Below are positions 38,341 to 49,885 of a DNA stretch of 64,000 nt, in pieces. The translations under genes were made by a program, and so were the position numbers. The stretch is from Chiloscyllium plagiosum (taxonomy: Eukaryota). Positions within the stretch are counted from its first letter, which is position 1. Every line of letters starts with the position of its first letter. The stretch lies in contig NC_057755.1 in assembly GCF_004010195.1 (NCBI RefSeq), positions 288,399 through 352,398 of the forward strand, given 5' to 3'. The notes under the pieces were generated by a model. It had not been told where the DNA came from, did no database searches, and saw only the letters and a program-made list of their open reading frames with translations.

Positions 38341-39049
38341 ACTGCACAGAGTAAGAGATATTACACACCAACCTGCAAGAACTGGCAGACACGTTTTATA
38401 CATATACACACAACCCCTTAAAAACAGTTATTGAACCATAACCACAATGAGATATAGACAGGGAACAATACTCAGAAACAAACAGAGACAAAACCATAGA
38501 GGGACACAGAGAAATCCTGCTGGGGGTAAGAAAATATTGACACACGGACAAACAGCCAAGCACAGTCTGAACAACACACTCACCTGCTTAAACAAGAGCA
38601 CAGACAGACAGAACCACACCTTCCATTCCTCAATAATACACCAACAGTCAGAGACTCTCCCACATACAGTCAAGGAACCACTGTGTCATGCTGACGTTAA
38701 CACACACACACAACACGAGACACAGACAGAGAGTGACGTCGCCATAAAAGGCAATAAAACATGCCCACATATACTGACCCTCACACACCAGAAGTGAAAC
38801 ACAAAAACACAAACTCCCAATTAGTATCAAGTAGAGAGAGAGGGAGATAATAAAAGTGCATGACATGAAGGGGATGTTCATTCACTGAAAGTAATTAATA
38901 TTACGTCAAGGTATTGCTGGTTGTGTTTGTGAATTTTGTGTTTTGCAAGAATCACCTCATTGGGTAAAATCATTGAATGAGGAAATGTGGAAGTGATTTC
39001 AGTCAATTCATTTGAGAAAGTGTTAAACTGAAACTCTACTTATCTGATG

Positions 39050-39180
39050 TGGAGGAAGTGAGGACTGCAGATGCTGGAGATCAGCATCGACAGTGTGGTA
39101 TTTGAAAAGCATAGCAGGTCAGGCATCATCCGAGGAACAGGAGAATCGACGGTTCCGATATAAACCCTTCATCAGGAAAA
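39050..39180 (-). mobile_element. Penelope-derived short terminal fragment (shared with about 59405-59530)
   Basis: AGTGAGGACTGCAGATGCTGGAGATCAG...AAACCCTTCATCAGG at the same position in units C and D. Confidence 0.75.
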
Positions 39181-39991
39181 GGGCCTGATGTGGTCAATTT
39201 GAGAAAATGAAACAGAGGGTGAGGAATAGATAGAAAGATAAAGCACGAGATAGAGACAAAGGCAGATAGAGAGACAAAGCTAGAGGGAGACAGAAACAGA
39301 GGTACTGACAGCAAGGACCTTAGAGATAGGGAGAGATAGCGACATTGCGAAAATAGGGAGACGGACAGAGACAGCAACATGGAGAAAGAGGCAGAGAGAC
39401 AGAAGGCAATGCCCTAGTAATGGAAGTGTACAGGATGAAAACTCAAGAAACAAGGTCAAAACTGAAAACAAAAACGTGCATTAAACAATAACCATATCAG
39501 ATGAGGGGATCATCAAAACCCAGAGACTTTCTCTTATGGTAATAAACTGTTTATCGAGAGCTGAACAGAAAGATTCTGGCAGTGATCAGATTGTATCTGT
39601 TTTTGTCCCTCACCGTCCTCCTCCGCAGGGGCAATGCAGAGACCTCTCCTACCGGTCGTCAATACTCATCCATAGGACAGTCCAAGATCCCAACGTTCCA
39701 GCTGAACCCATCACTCACAGCCAGTCTGTCATTTCCAATCACTGCTGCAGCTTCTTTCCATCCAACCCTGCCCCTGACAGTCACCTCTTCCCCATTCCAT
39801 GCTGTCCCTTTGTCACGTCCATCAATGTTTCTAAAGGTGGAGGTGGATAGGATATTTTTAAGCTTGTTAGGTGGTGATCTTTCTCAGGGCATAGACAGGC
39901 ATGCGGATAAACTTTAGAACTGGATGAGCCACGATCTTCTGGAATGGTCGGCGGACCAAGCTCGAAGGGCTGAATGGCTTCCTGCTGCTCA

Positions 39992-40311
39992 TCCTGAACT
40001 TCGCTCTGAACTTGAGTATAGTTGCTGCAGAAAATAATGTGTTTGTGCTGCAGCTGAAACCTTCAGCATTTCGACACTGAACACAAAATTATTTGTAGAA
40101 CGACTGTACTTTCCAGCAGTTGTGCAGTTAATACTGTAATATAAGAAATTTGCACCGTCCACTAACCACAGAATTATGAAGCTGATGGATAGGGCGAAGA
40201 GAGAAATCACTGACTTCCTCCAGCTCCACATCCCTGTGCCTTTGTGACTCTCTCCCTTCCTCTGTCCTCTCAGGCTCTTGCGGACTAGACTGGCCACTGA
40301 AATGTACCTGA
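39992..40311 (-). pseudogene. GPR139-like GPCR fragment (about TM5 end to TM7), copy 3
   Basis: RYISVASLVRKSLRGQRKGESHKGTGMWSWRKSVISLFALSISFIILWLVDGANFLYY...; the 5' part is replaced by a CR1 fragment. Confidence 0.85.
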
Positions 40312-40510
40312 GGATTTCCTCAAACACCTTGCCCACCAACGACATAAACTCACCAGCCCATTGTTCTCTGGCTCTTCCTTCGCATCTTTCTTGTATAGTG
40401 GCAACACTTGAGCCAACCTCCAGCTTTCTGGCAGCTCACCTGTGACCAGCAATGATAAAAGTATCTCAGCGAGTTTCCCAGCAATTACTTCCCTCGCTTC
40501 CAAAAGAGTT
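40312..40510 (-). mobile_element. CR1 RT fragment abutting the GPCR remnant
   Basis: EAREVIAGKLAEILLSLLVTGELPESWRLAQVLPLYKK and SLVGKVFEEILR. Confidence 0.85.
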
Positions 40511-40757
40511 CACCACAGCAAACTGTAGAATTTGAACTATGAATAAGTCCGAAATTAAAGATGTGAATGATGACCAATGTTGATCGTCGGTTCATTTCTG
40601 TAGTTTAGAGAGGGAAAACTCCATCCTTAAGTGGTCAAGAGATGCGTGATTCTAGACCTACGGATATGTGATACTGAATTGCCCTTTACGCAATTAGGGA
40701 TGGGCAATAAATATTGGTGCCAGCCTGTGATACCATCTTCTCGTGATTGAATAAAAA
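40510..40757 (+). mobile_element. Deu-domain SINE fragment
   Basis: GCAATTAGGGATGGGCAATAAAT tail plus a degenerate core. Confidence 0.6.
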
Positions 40758-41529
40758 GAGCCCATTTCTGAGACAGATGCAAAGGAAGTGGAAGAGGCAA
40801 TTTAACTAAAGTTTAGATTGTAAAGAGGAACAGCTGAAGGCCAATCATCCCCTCCCATATGTATACAGAAACATCAGATGGGCAATACGTCAGGAGGGAA
40901 AGGGAAGCTCTCGTGGGTTGGGCATGTATGACGTTCAATGTCAACTGGATTGGGAATGAGGCAGTAGTCGGAGAGGTGGATACAGGTGATCCTGGGATGC
41001 AAAGAACGTCAGTGTCAACTAATGTTGGCGATGACGAAAGGAGAGCCAAGTCTCAATATTGAGGGTTTGAAAATTGAAGGGATGACACCTTATTGTGGTT
41101 GCTCATCACAAAACGATGCCTGCTCCCCCCACCAATTCTCACTAAAGCCTGAAATCATTTATGTTGCCATATATGTAATCCTTCCACAATTCTAAAAATT
41201 AATTCTGGGAGGGAGTTTGTGAAGTGATACATTTTCACGAAATAAATCAAAGGCTGTGGATACTGAAAATATGAAACAGAAACAGTAATAACTGACGAAA
41301 CCCAATAGGTATGGTATCGCCAGTGGAGAGAGAAACAGGTTTGATGCAATCATTCTTCTTCAGAGCACCTTCCTCTCAAAACATCATCTCGGTGTTGTCC
41401 TCTCACAAGGCGCTATACTGCAAATGAAGAACGGGGATTGATGTCCAAAATGAAATTAAGATTCAGAGTGTTCATATTAATCTACTATGAAACATTTGTT
41501 TGACAGATCTGAGCAGACTGAGCTTGGTT

Positions 41530-42380
41530 GGAGTCATTGAGATATAGAGCACGGAAACAGTCCCTTTGGTCCAATCAGATATTCGATCATCATCCACCAC
41601 TATTTGCCCCCAGAACCCTCAAAATATTTCCACTTCATTTACTCATCCAGTTGCTTTTTAAATGTTGTAATTGTACCATCTTTCTTAATTTCCTGTGGCA
41701 GTTCAATTCCATACATGCACTAGTCTTAGCTTTTAACTCTTTCCACTCTCACCCTCAACCTATGCTCTCTCTCTCTGGTCTCTCATAGACCAGGGAATGT
41801 ACCCTGTCTGTGTACCTTATCTATGACCCTCATGATTTTCTCAATCTCTATAATATCACCCCTAGCTCCAACGTCCCATTAAAAACGGAACTATTCAGCC
41901 TCTCACTGAAGCTCAAACCCTCCAATCCTGGTAATATCCTTGTGAATCGTTTCTGAACATTTTCATGTTTCACACCATCCTTGCTTTCAGAGTGAGACTA
42001 GAATGTTATACTTTTTTTCCCAAAAGAGGACTAAGCAATGTCTTGTACAGCTGCAACATGACCTCACAACTCCGCTAATCAATGGTCTGACCAATCAAGG
42101 ACCACATACCAAGCGTCTTCTTCACTGTCCTACCTACCGGAGACTCCACTTCTAAGGAACAATGAAACTGCACTCCAAAGTCTCTTTGTTCAGTAACACT
42201 CCCCAGGATCTTATGATTAAGTGTACCGGTCTAGCCCTGATTTGCCATTCCAACCTGCAGCACCTCAAATTTATCTAATTTGAATTCCGTCCACTTTTCC
42301 TCGGCCATTGGTCCATTTGATCAAAGTCCCATTGTACTCTGAGGTAACCTTCTTCGCTGTCTACTACAGTTTCAAATTTA
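41530..42380 (-). mobile_element. Degraded CR1-clade LINE 3' part (same position as 24190-25250 and 62300-63570)
   Basis: Matches the reverse complement of the CR1 3' end, e.g. CTATTCAGCCTCTC, TGTACAGCTGCAACATGACCTC and CACTCCAAAGTCTCTTTGTTCAG. Confidence 0.8.
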
Positions 42381-42399
42381 TCGAACCCTTCTCTGTTAT

Positions 42400-45300
42400 G
42401 ATAAACTAGGGACTTGTTAGCTCACTGAATCTCTCATAGTTTGTTTTGAAAAGTGAATAATTCCTTGTCGTGATTAGCAAATGTTCTAATTTTAATTGTA
42501 CATTCGGAGAGAAAATAATGCAAAATGCAAATGAGGAAATAGGACTTTTTTGCATTACCTAGCTGAAGTAGTTTTGGAATGTGCTTGTTGATACTTTATG
42601 AACAAGCTACACAATGCAGAACAAAATGGAGAGTTCGCTACTGCAATTACTGAATGTGGTAGCTCCAATCTATTGCATAATAACAAAAGTCCGGTCTCCC
42701 TGACTCCCGACTGCGTTCTAATCATGTCAGGGGAAATTAACATTTAACGTGAGAATCTGAATACACAGCAGTTCATAGACAGTACAAGATTTCACAATAC
42801 TTACTTTTTTAAAAAAATGTTTTATTTTGTAATGATAATAATTAAACAAGGTAAGCAATATTAATCTAATTAATTGATAAATCTTAGCTAATATTAATCC
42901 TCCCCATGTAAAGTTGCTTTATACATTGTAAAATTATGAACTACAAACACTTCTTCAGGGAATATCTGGAATTTAGCTGAACCCTCTGGAATTCATTTTA
43001 ACAATCCACAGTGTCCCAATAGCCGAAATGGGCAAAACAGCAGCAGGTCATTTAACCCACAAAGCGAATTCACTTTAACACTCCTTAGTCTTTCTACAAT
43101 CCCACAGAAATGCATGGAAGTACTAGCACTGCAAGAGGTCATTCATGTCTGCAACAAATGAACAAACTATCTACCTGTTCTAATCCTCCTTTCCAGCACC
43201 TGGTGCACAGCGTTGAGATTTTCTATATATCAGGTGCAGGTCCAAGTTCCCTTTAAATGACTTCAGGTTGGTCACCTCAAGTCATCATCAAAACAGTGAA
43301 TTCCAGTCGCACCATCATCTTCTAAATGTAACGGTAGGCCTCGTGTCCTCGATTATCCTCCCATCAACACCTAACATCATAATGTAAATATCCTCTTTTC
43401 TCTCTGTGCAATTCTGTCTGCACTACTCGGCATTGAGCAGTAGTGTGCACTAAACCACAGCTGTGAGCGATACAGTTTCTCATGTAGTCCCACTGTGACC
43501 AATCTGCAGGAGGTGAGAGAATTTGTCTTGTGTTGGTCGTGGTACAGAATAAGAGAATAATAACATTATGGGGTAATGTGGAATTGCATATTTGTCGATG
43601 TCTGATCAGGGTCTGTGGCATATAATGGACGTAAACTGATAGAGTTGGATTCTAATCTTTTTGAAATGTGGGGTTAGTTTTTCAGCTCCTCAGGAGTTAG
43701 TATAAGTGTTTAATAGCCTCACTTCTCTTCTGACACCAGCTTTTAAATTACAGAACAAGCCAGATCCTCGATAGAAATCCAACTTTATGGATCATAACCT
43801 TATTTATTTTGATTTAACAAAGTGGTCTCTTGCTGAATCGCACACGATGCTGCAAATATTGCTTCACAAAAAAAGAAGATTATTCCAAAAGTAATAACGA
43901 TAAAATAGAATAAATGAATCCATGAAGGTATAACACAGATTCAAAGCTAATCAACATGCAGCCAACGTACAACTCCCATTAACTCAGAACAACGCATAAA
44001 TAAAACAAAAGGACAGGACTTTTATGTATCATACAAAACATGACTCTCAGTGCCGTTCCAAAGAAAACAACCTCATATAATAGTCACACCAGATTCCCTG
44101 TACCTATCACTTGTGTCTGCCAATTCTAAACTGGAACTGCTGTAAATTTCTTCCCAGAGATACCTCATCCCTGAGATTCAGTGTACTCAACTTAAAACAA
44201 TTTCTTCAGAGCTTTACCTTGTCCCAACACTTCTGTCTGGGACTAATATAACATTTTCATTTCAAGGCAATGTAATTTAGTAAGACTCTCAGTTCCTACG
44301 CATGAGCATAAATTTATACATCCAATCAGTTCCAAGCTCTTACTGGAACGAAAAGAAATGACAAGAATGATGGAAGGTAAACTACTGCTTTGTCAGTTGA
44401 GGGTTTCTTCTTTAATCGCAAATTCTAGAACTCTTCAACCAATCAATGAAGGTAAGCATGCAGGTACAGCTGGTAGTGAAGAAGACCAATAGCATGCTTG
44501 TCTTCATCACAAGAGGGACTGAGTATAGAAGCAAAGAGGTTCCTCTGCAGCTGTACAGGACCCTGGTGAGACCACACCTGGAATGTTATGTGCAGTTCTG
44601 GTCTCCAAATTTGAGGAAAGACATTCTGGCTATTGCAGGAGTGCAGCGTAGGTTCACGAGGTCAATTCTTGGAATGGCGGGACTACCTGACGCAGAAAGA
44701 CTGGAGCAACTGGGCTTGTACACCCTTGAGTTTAGAAGACTGAGAGGGAATCTGATTGAGATATATAAGATTATTAAAGGATTGGACACTCTAGAGGAAG
44801 GAAACATGTTTCCGCTGATGGGTGAGCACTGAACCAGGGGACACAACTTAAAAATACGGGGTAGACCATTTAGGACGGAGATGAGGAGAAACGTCTTCAC
44901 CCAGAGAGTGGTGGCTGTGTGGAATGTTCTGCCACAGAGGGCAGTGGAGACCCAGTCTCTGGATTCATTTAAGAAAGAATTGGATAGAGCTCTCAAGGAT
45001 AGTGGAATCAAGGGTTATGGAGACAAGGCAGGAACATGATACTGATTAAGGATGATCAGCCTTGATCATAATGAATGGTGGTGTAGGCTTTAAGGGCAGA
45101 ATGGCCTACTCCTGCACCTATCGTCTATAATTTTTCAGTCTCCCTTTTAACCACGCTGAGTTGCAACCATTCGTGCACAAAGCCATTCAGCCTGTAGCTA
45201 ACCCTCAAACGCAATTTTTAAAACAATTTCTAAAACTCCGAGTGATATAACTTGGAGTTATCTTACTGATATAATTCCAAGTTAACCATTAACTTCAGAT

Positions 45301-45450
45301 GTGCAGAGAAGCACACTGCTTCTTCACTCAATAGACCAGAGCCAAACTCAAATTAAATAATTTTGCTCTCTCTGCATCAAAATACCAACGCTCATACTTT
45401 TCCAAAGTGATTCAGTTTCTTAATTCCAACGAAATTCTCTTCAGCCTCAG
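42400..45450. repeat. Block Y of segmental unit C
   Basis: Colinear with 27500-31130. Confidence 0.9.
44446..45130 (+). mobile_element. CR1-clade LINE 3' fragment (fairly young)
   Basis: LYRTLVRPHLECYVQFWSPNLRKDILAIAGVQRRFTR...GLYTLEFRRLRGNLIEIYKII. The 3' UTR ends GAATGGCCTACTCCTGCACCTAT. Absent from the unit B paralog at about 30855. Confidence 0.92.
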
Positions 45451-45678
45451 TTGGAAATGCAGATTTCTGGAAGGTTCCCAGAAGAGATTAATTCCTGCAG
45501 AACTTGCGATGATGGGGATTCCACAGGATGTCTGTAACTTCAAACTAAATTACTGATCGTCTGTCACTGTGTGTGACCTTTGGCCAAAACTTGCCCATGT
45601 ACCATTCTCAGTGGTCGAGTGACCCCGCAAAGAATCCTCATACAGATTCACACAAATTCAATGGTACAAGGCACCTAC

Positions 45679-45745
45679 CAGGAATTGTTACATTTTGAAG
45701 GGTCCTGTAAAATATTCTCTGCATATGACGAATTGAGAACGTCAT
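45679..45745 (-). pseudogene. Candidate coding exon 1 of the GPR139-like gene in unit C
   Basis: ATG at 45745; MTFSIRHMQRIFYRTLQNVTIP+G, then donor GTAGG at 45678. The phase-1 junction fits the TT-AAT (V-N) start of exon 2, and the peptide resembles the family exon-1 pattern I..IFY.I.A.VGIP. Confidence 0.7.
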
Positions 45746-46029
45746 TTTCTGCCTGAATGTCTTTGTGCAGGTAATCTCTCTGCACTAAATGCCCAGGTGA
45801 TACAATCTCAAAGCCTTTCGTTTATACCTGCTGTCATTGCCGGGGGGACTGTTACATTATAATGTGGTTCAATTCATTTATTTAAGAATTTTAACGAACA
45901 GGTGAAAGTGGTGAGTTAACACCCAGTTGTGACAAAGTATTTTGAGAACTGCATTTTATTGAATCGTAGAAATCTCAATCGGACAATAGCAAACATTGGA
46001 AAATGTATATTAAACAAAGTGAGAAAATC

Positions 46030-46155
46030 CTTACAATATGGAAGCAGGCCAATGGGCCCATCGAGTCCACACCGACGCTGCAAAGGGTATTCCACGCAGA
46101 CGCACCGGCTGGCCCAGTCAGGCAACAGGGCTAGTCACTGAGCGACTGTGCCACT
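46030..46155 (-). mobile_element. Internally deleted V-SINE/HE1-like remnant
   Basis: The minus strand has the head GGCACAGTCGCTCAGTGACTAGC and a CR1-like tail GGACTCGATGGGCCCATTGGCCTGCTTCC. Confidence 0.55.
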
Positions 46156-46306
46156 CTACATACTATTGCCACCCAAACACCATCTATCCAACCTTGAAAT
46201 TAAATTTTATTTCAGTGTCATGCTTCCATTGCCTTTGACCATTTGGAAATTAAATTCCGATTGATGAGTATATCTCTGAGAAATGTCCTCCTCAACACTG
46301 GGATGC

Positions 46307-46537
46307 TGGAAAAGCGCAGCAGGTCAGGCAGCATCCAAGGAGAAGGAGAATCGACATTTTGGGCATAAGCCCTTCTTCAGGAATGCCTGCTTGGCACACC
46401 CTCCCCATTCCTGAAGAAGGCCTTATGCCAGAAACATCGATTCTCCTTCTCCTTGGATGCTGCCTGACCTGTTGCGCTTTTCCAGCAACAGATTTTTAAG
46501 CTCTGATCTCCAGCATCTGCAGTCCTCACTTTCTCCT
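46307..46537. mobile_element. Palindromic Penelope-derived insert with a 13 bp TSD
   Basis: AACACTGGGATGC at 46294-46306 and 46538-46550. The inverted arms each carry an ATTCCTGAAGAAGG..TTATGCC..AAA..TCG motif, separated by a spacer of about 22 bp. Confidence 0.9.
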
Positions 46538-47184
46538 AACACTGGGATGCGGCTTACCGAATTATCAGTGGCTGCTCTATGAAGGAATGATAGTTAGTGA
46601 TTGGAGGTGCCACATTGTAGGTTTTAATAAATCCAACATCACAGTAAAATACAGTTTCTGAATCAAAATACCTTTTTCTCAATCAAGGTAATAATTGAAA
46701 CAAGTAAAGTAACACATTAAAAAATACCCGACAAGTTATACAAGCTCCAGTCATTACAGGTCCTCCTACGAGGATACGAGTCTCCTTTACATGTTTCAGA
46801 GCTGACACAGAGACAAACACGCGATCTATGCAGCAGTACATGGGGATGAGCTATTCCCGATTCCCTGCAGTGAACTGCACATGTATGGAGAAGAAACCTA
46901 AAGCATCTGATTGATGATCAGATGGAACAGTTTCAAGCGAGATGGTACAGTAAGTTCAGGGAGGGATTTTCATACATAAGGATGCATAAGTGACAAATTC
47001 TGGAAATAACATCTGGAAGGCAATGCTGTCAATAAGGCCTATAGTGATGGGGAATGGGACTTGGTGCGAGGAATGATAAAGGACAGAAATCAGACAGCAG
47101 AAATAAATATGGTATGTTCATGTTGTCAGACTGATATTAGTGAGTGCCACAAGGATCATTTCTCCATGCACATCCATTTACAAT

Positions 47185-47312
47185 CTCGTGATGAAGGGCT
47201 TTTGCCCGAAGACTCCATTTTCCTGCTGTTCGGATGTTGTCTGACCTGCTGTGTTTTTCCAACACCACTCTAATCTTGACTCTAATCTCCAGCATCTGCA
47301 GTACCCACTTCT
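47185..47312 (+). mobile_element. Penelope-derived short terminal fragment
   Basis: GTGATGAAGGGCTTTTGCCCGAAGAC...CCAGCATCTGCAGTACCCACTTCT. Confidence 0.7.
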
Positions 47313-47730
47313 GCCCAATTATACTCTCCGCCAACAACAGAGATGATGGGATCATGTGTGACGTTGCTGACCGTACAATGTTCAGTGGGACAGTAAAACA
47401 CAAGGAGAACATAGGAACATTGGAAAGGTCAGGGGCAGGTTCACTGTGAATGATCACAAAATACTCCATGCAATATAATGTCGAGAAATGTGAGGCACTG
47501 TTCATTAATCTCAGCCTTGCAATGAATTTAGGCCATTCAATAAAGTTTTAGATGTAAATCCTAGTCCTAAATCAAGAGGCGACAAGACGCCTTTCTGCCC
47601 ATTCAGTGCCAGGGATTTCCACCATTCTCCTGAAAGTTTTACTCATCCCAGACCCTAACTTTGAGGAATTCAACCTTGGGTTTGTGTCATTTCACTTCCT
47701 CAGCATTGAACCCTTGCTGTCCAGCTATCA

Positions 47731-47926
47731 GAGCTGAAAATGTGTTGGCTGGAAAAGCGCAGCAGGTCAGGCAGCATCCAGGGAACAGGAGAATCGACGT
47801 TTCGGGCATAAGCCCTTCTTCAGGAACGTCGATTCTCCTGTTCCCTGGATGCTGCCTGACCTGCTGCGCTTTTCCAGCAACACATTTTCAGCTCTGATCT
47901 CCAGCATCTGCAGACCCCACTTTCTC
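47731..47926. mobile_element. Palindromic Penelope-derived insert with a 14 bp TSD and an intact hammerhead-like core on the minus strand (about 47791-47826)
   Basis: CTGTCCAGCTATCA at 47717-47730 and 47927-47940. The minus strand reads TTC CTGAAGA A GGGC TTAT GCCC GAAAC GTC GATTC. The site is empty in the paralog at about 14010. Confidence 0.92.
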
Positions 47927-47940
47927 CTGTCCAGCTATCA

Positions 47941-49105
47941 TACTGGTCAATCGATGCTGCACCGAATGGGCATGGACTCCCAACGTCCCAGTGTATTTCT
48001 TATTGTTCCCTATTTATAAAGTCAGTTTGGAGTATTGTTAAAATCAAATCGCAGCAGTGAAGAGAGGTAAAATGAATGACTGATGCTTTCAGAACCATCA
48101 GTGCTGACTTGACAGAGTCCGGGATGGTATCTTCTCTAAAGGGTGCCTCGGGGTAAAAACGTTACAGAACAACTTCAGCAAGTCTTGCGAATTGTGGTTT
48201 TCTAGGGTGGGCCAGCAGCAGGAGCGGGATTTTGTGTAAAGTGAAGAGTCCGTGGTCCTGGTCCAGACTGGCACCGACAATGTCTGGGAGGGAAATCACT
48301 CTTCAGAGGCGGGCATCCTTTGTTTCCGAATGCATCGCCTTTGAGAGTAGCCTCTCATTCATTCAGACATTCCACATCTCAATATCCCTGAAATCCATCC
48401 TTTTATTTCAGACAGGTTCCCAGAAACGATCAGCTTCACAGATCCAATCAGGGAACTCATATCTAATGAGGTTTAGCTGGCTGACCTCATGAAAATAATG
48501 ACAGAAACAGCGATGAATTGCCATCAGTAAAAAGTAGTAAATCGGGCAAGAAATTGAAAAGTTGTTTTCCCCCGTTAGTCTGAGTAAACACCGTGCCGAT
48601 GAACATGTGGCTGGGAGCATTGATTTCAGTAGGAAGGGCTTTGGACGTATCGATGATCGGTGAGGTTTCTGGGTTTGGTGCAATCTGAATACATTGGAAA
48701 CATGGGTTTTGCTTTAATTGGATGGGGATTGCTACTCTTCTGGGGAAACACAACCGCCATGATGGAATATATATTCAATCTTGTAATAGAGTGATGGGAA
48801 CCTGGAATAATGCTCAGTTAGCAGGGAATGAAGCTGGCAACTTGAAGTAGTAAATCTGTAAGTGAAGGAAAAAAGCAACAAAAATACATTCTTGTCCATG
48901 AAGATGTTGTGCTGCAGAATCCTAATCTTCAGGATGAACCCCTTCCTCATGCCTCTCAGATTCAGGACAGAGCTCTTTCTGAAGCATTACTTTCTCATTT
49001 TAGGGATATCCACAATCATGTATCCGTTATGTTAAACAGTAACTGTTGAAATCTCTCCTTTCTTTATTATTTATGATGATGCTTGCGCTATTTGGACAGA
49101 AATAA
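47941..49105. repeat. Block X, start of segmental unit D
   Basis: Direct similarity to 14020-15150 and reverse similarity to 10915-12050. Confidence 0.8.
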
Positions 49106-49124
49106 TACATAAAAGAGTAACTCA

Positions 49125-49885
49125 CTTCGAGGGACAAGATTTACATGTATTTGGAAAGGCAAAAACTGATTAGGGATTCTCAACATGGCTTTATGCGTGG
49201 TAAATAATGTTTCACAAACTTGATTGCGTATTTTGAAGATGTCACAAAGAGGATTGAGGAGGGTAGGATGGCAGACGTGATCTATATGGATTTCAGTAAA
49301 ACGTTTGACAATGATCCTCAAGGGAGACTGATTAGCAAGGTTAGGTTACATGGAATACGGGGAAAACTAGCAAGTAGTAGACAGATTGGGTTGGTGGGGG
49401 GTTGTTTTTCAGACTTGAGGCCTGTGACCAGTGGAGTGCCACAGGGATAGGGGCTGGGTTCACTAGTTTTCATCATTTATATAAATGATTTGGATGTGAG
49501 TATGAGAAGTATAGTTAGTAAGTTTGCAGATGACGTCAAAATACGTGGTGTAGTCGATGGTGAAGACGGTTACTCCAGATTACAAAGGGATCTTGATCAG
49601 ATGAGCCAATGGTTTGAGAAGTGGCAGATGAAGTTTAAATTAGATAAAGGCGAGGTGCTACATTTTGGAAAAGCAAATCTTCGCTGGACATACACACTTA
49701 TTTGTAAGGTCCTAGGGAGTGTTGATGAAAAAAAGACTTTGAAATACAGGTTCATAGCTCTTGGAAAGTGGAGTCTCAGGTAGATAGGATAGTGAAGAAG
49801 GCGTTTTGTATGCTTTCCCTTATTGGTTAGAGTACTGAGTACAGGAGTTCGGAGGACATGTTGCAGCTGTGCAGGACATTTTGTA
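49125..49885 (+). mobile_element. CR1-clade LINE RT fragment
   Basis: FEDVTKRIEEGRMADVIYMDFSKTFD, VTSGVPQG and SKFADDVKIRGVVD. Confidence 0.92.

Noticed and set aside
17071..47940. Recurring palindromic repeats as a CRISPR array or bacterial terminators/REP elements
   Set aside because: They are dispersed, each has a TSD, they match Penelope termini, there is no repeat-spacer periodicity or cas gene, and the context is vertebrate.
48487..48753. 88 aa ORF in block X
   Set aside because: Other copies of block X have stops or frameshifts in this frame, and it contains no recognisable domain.
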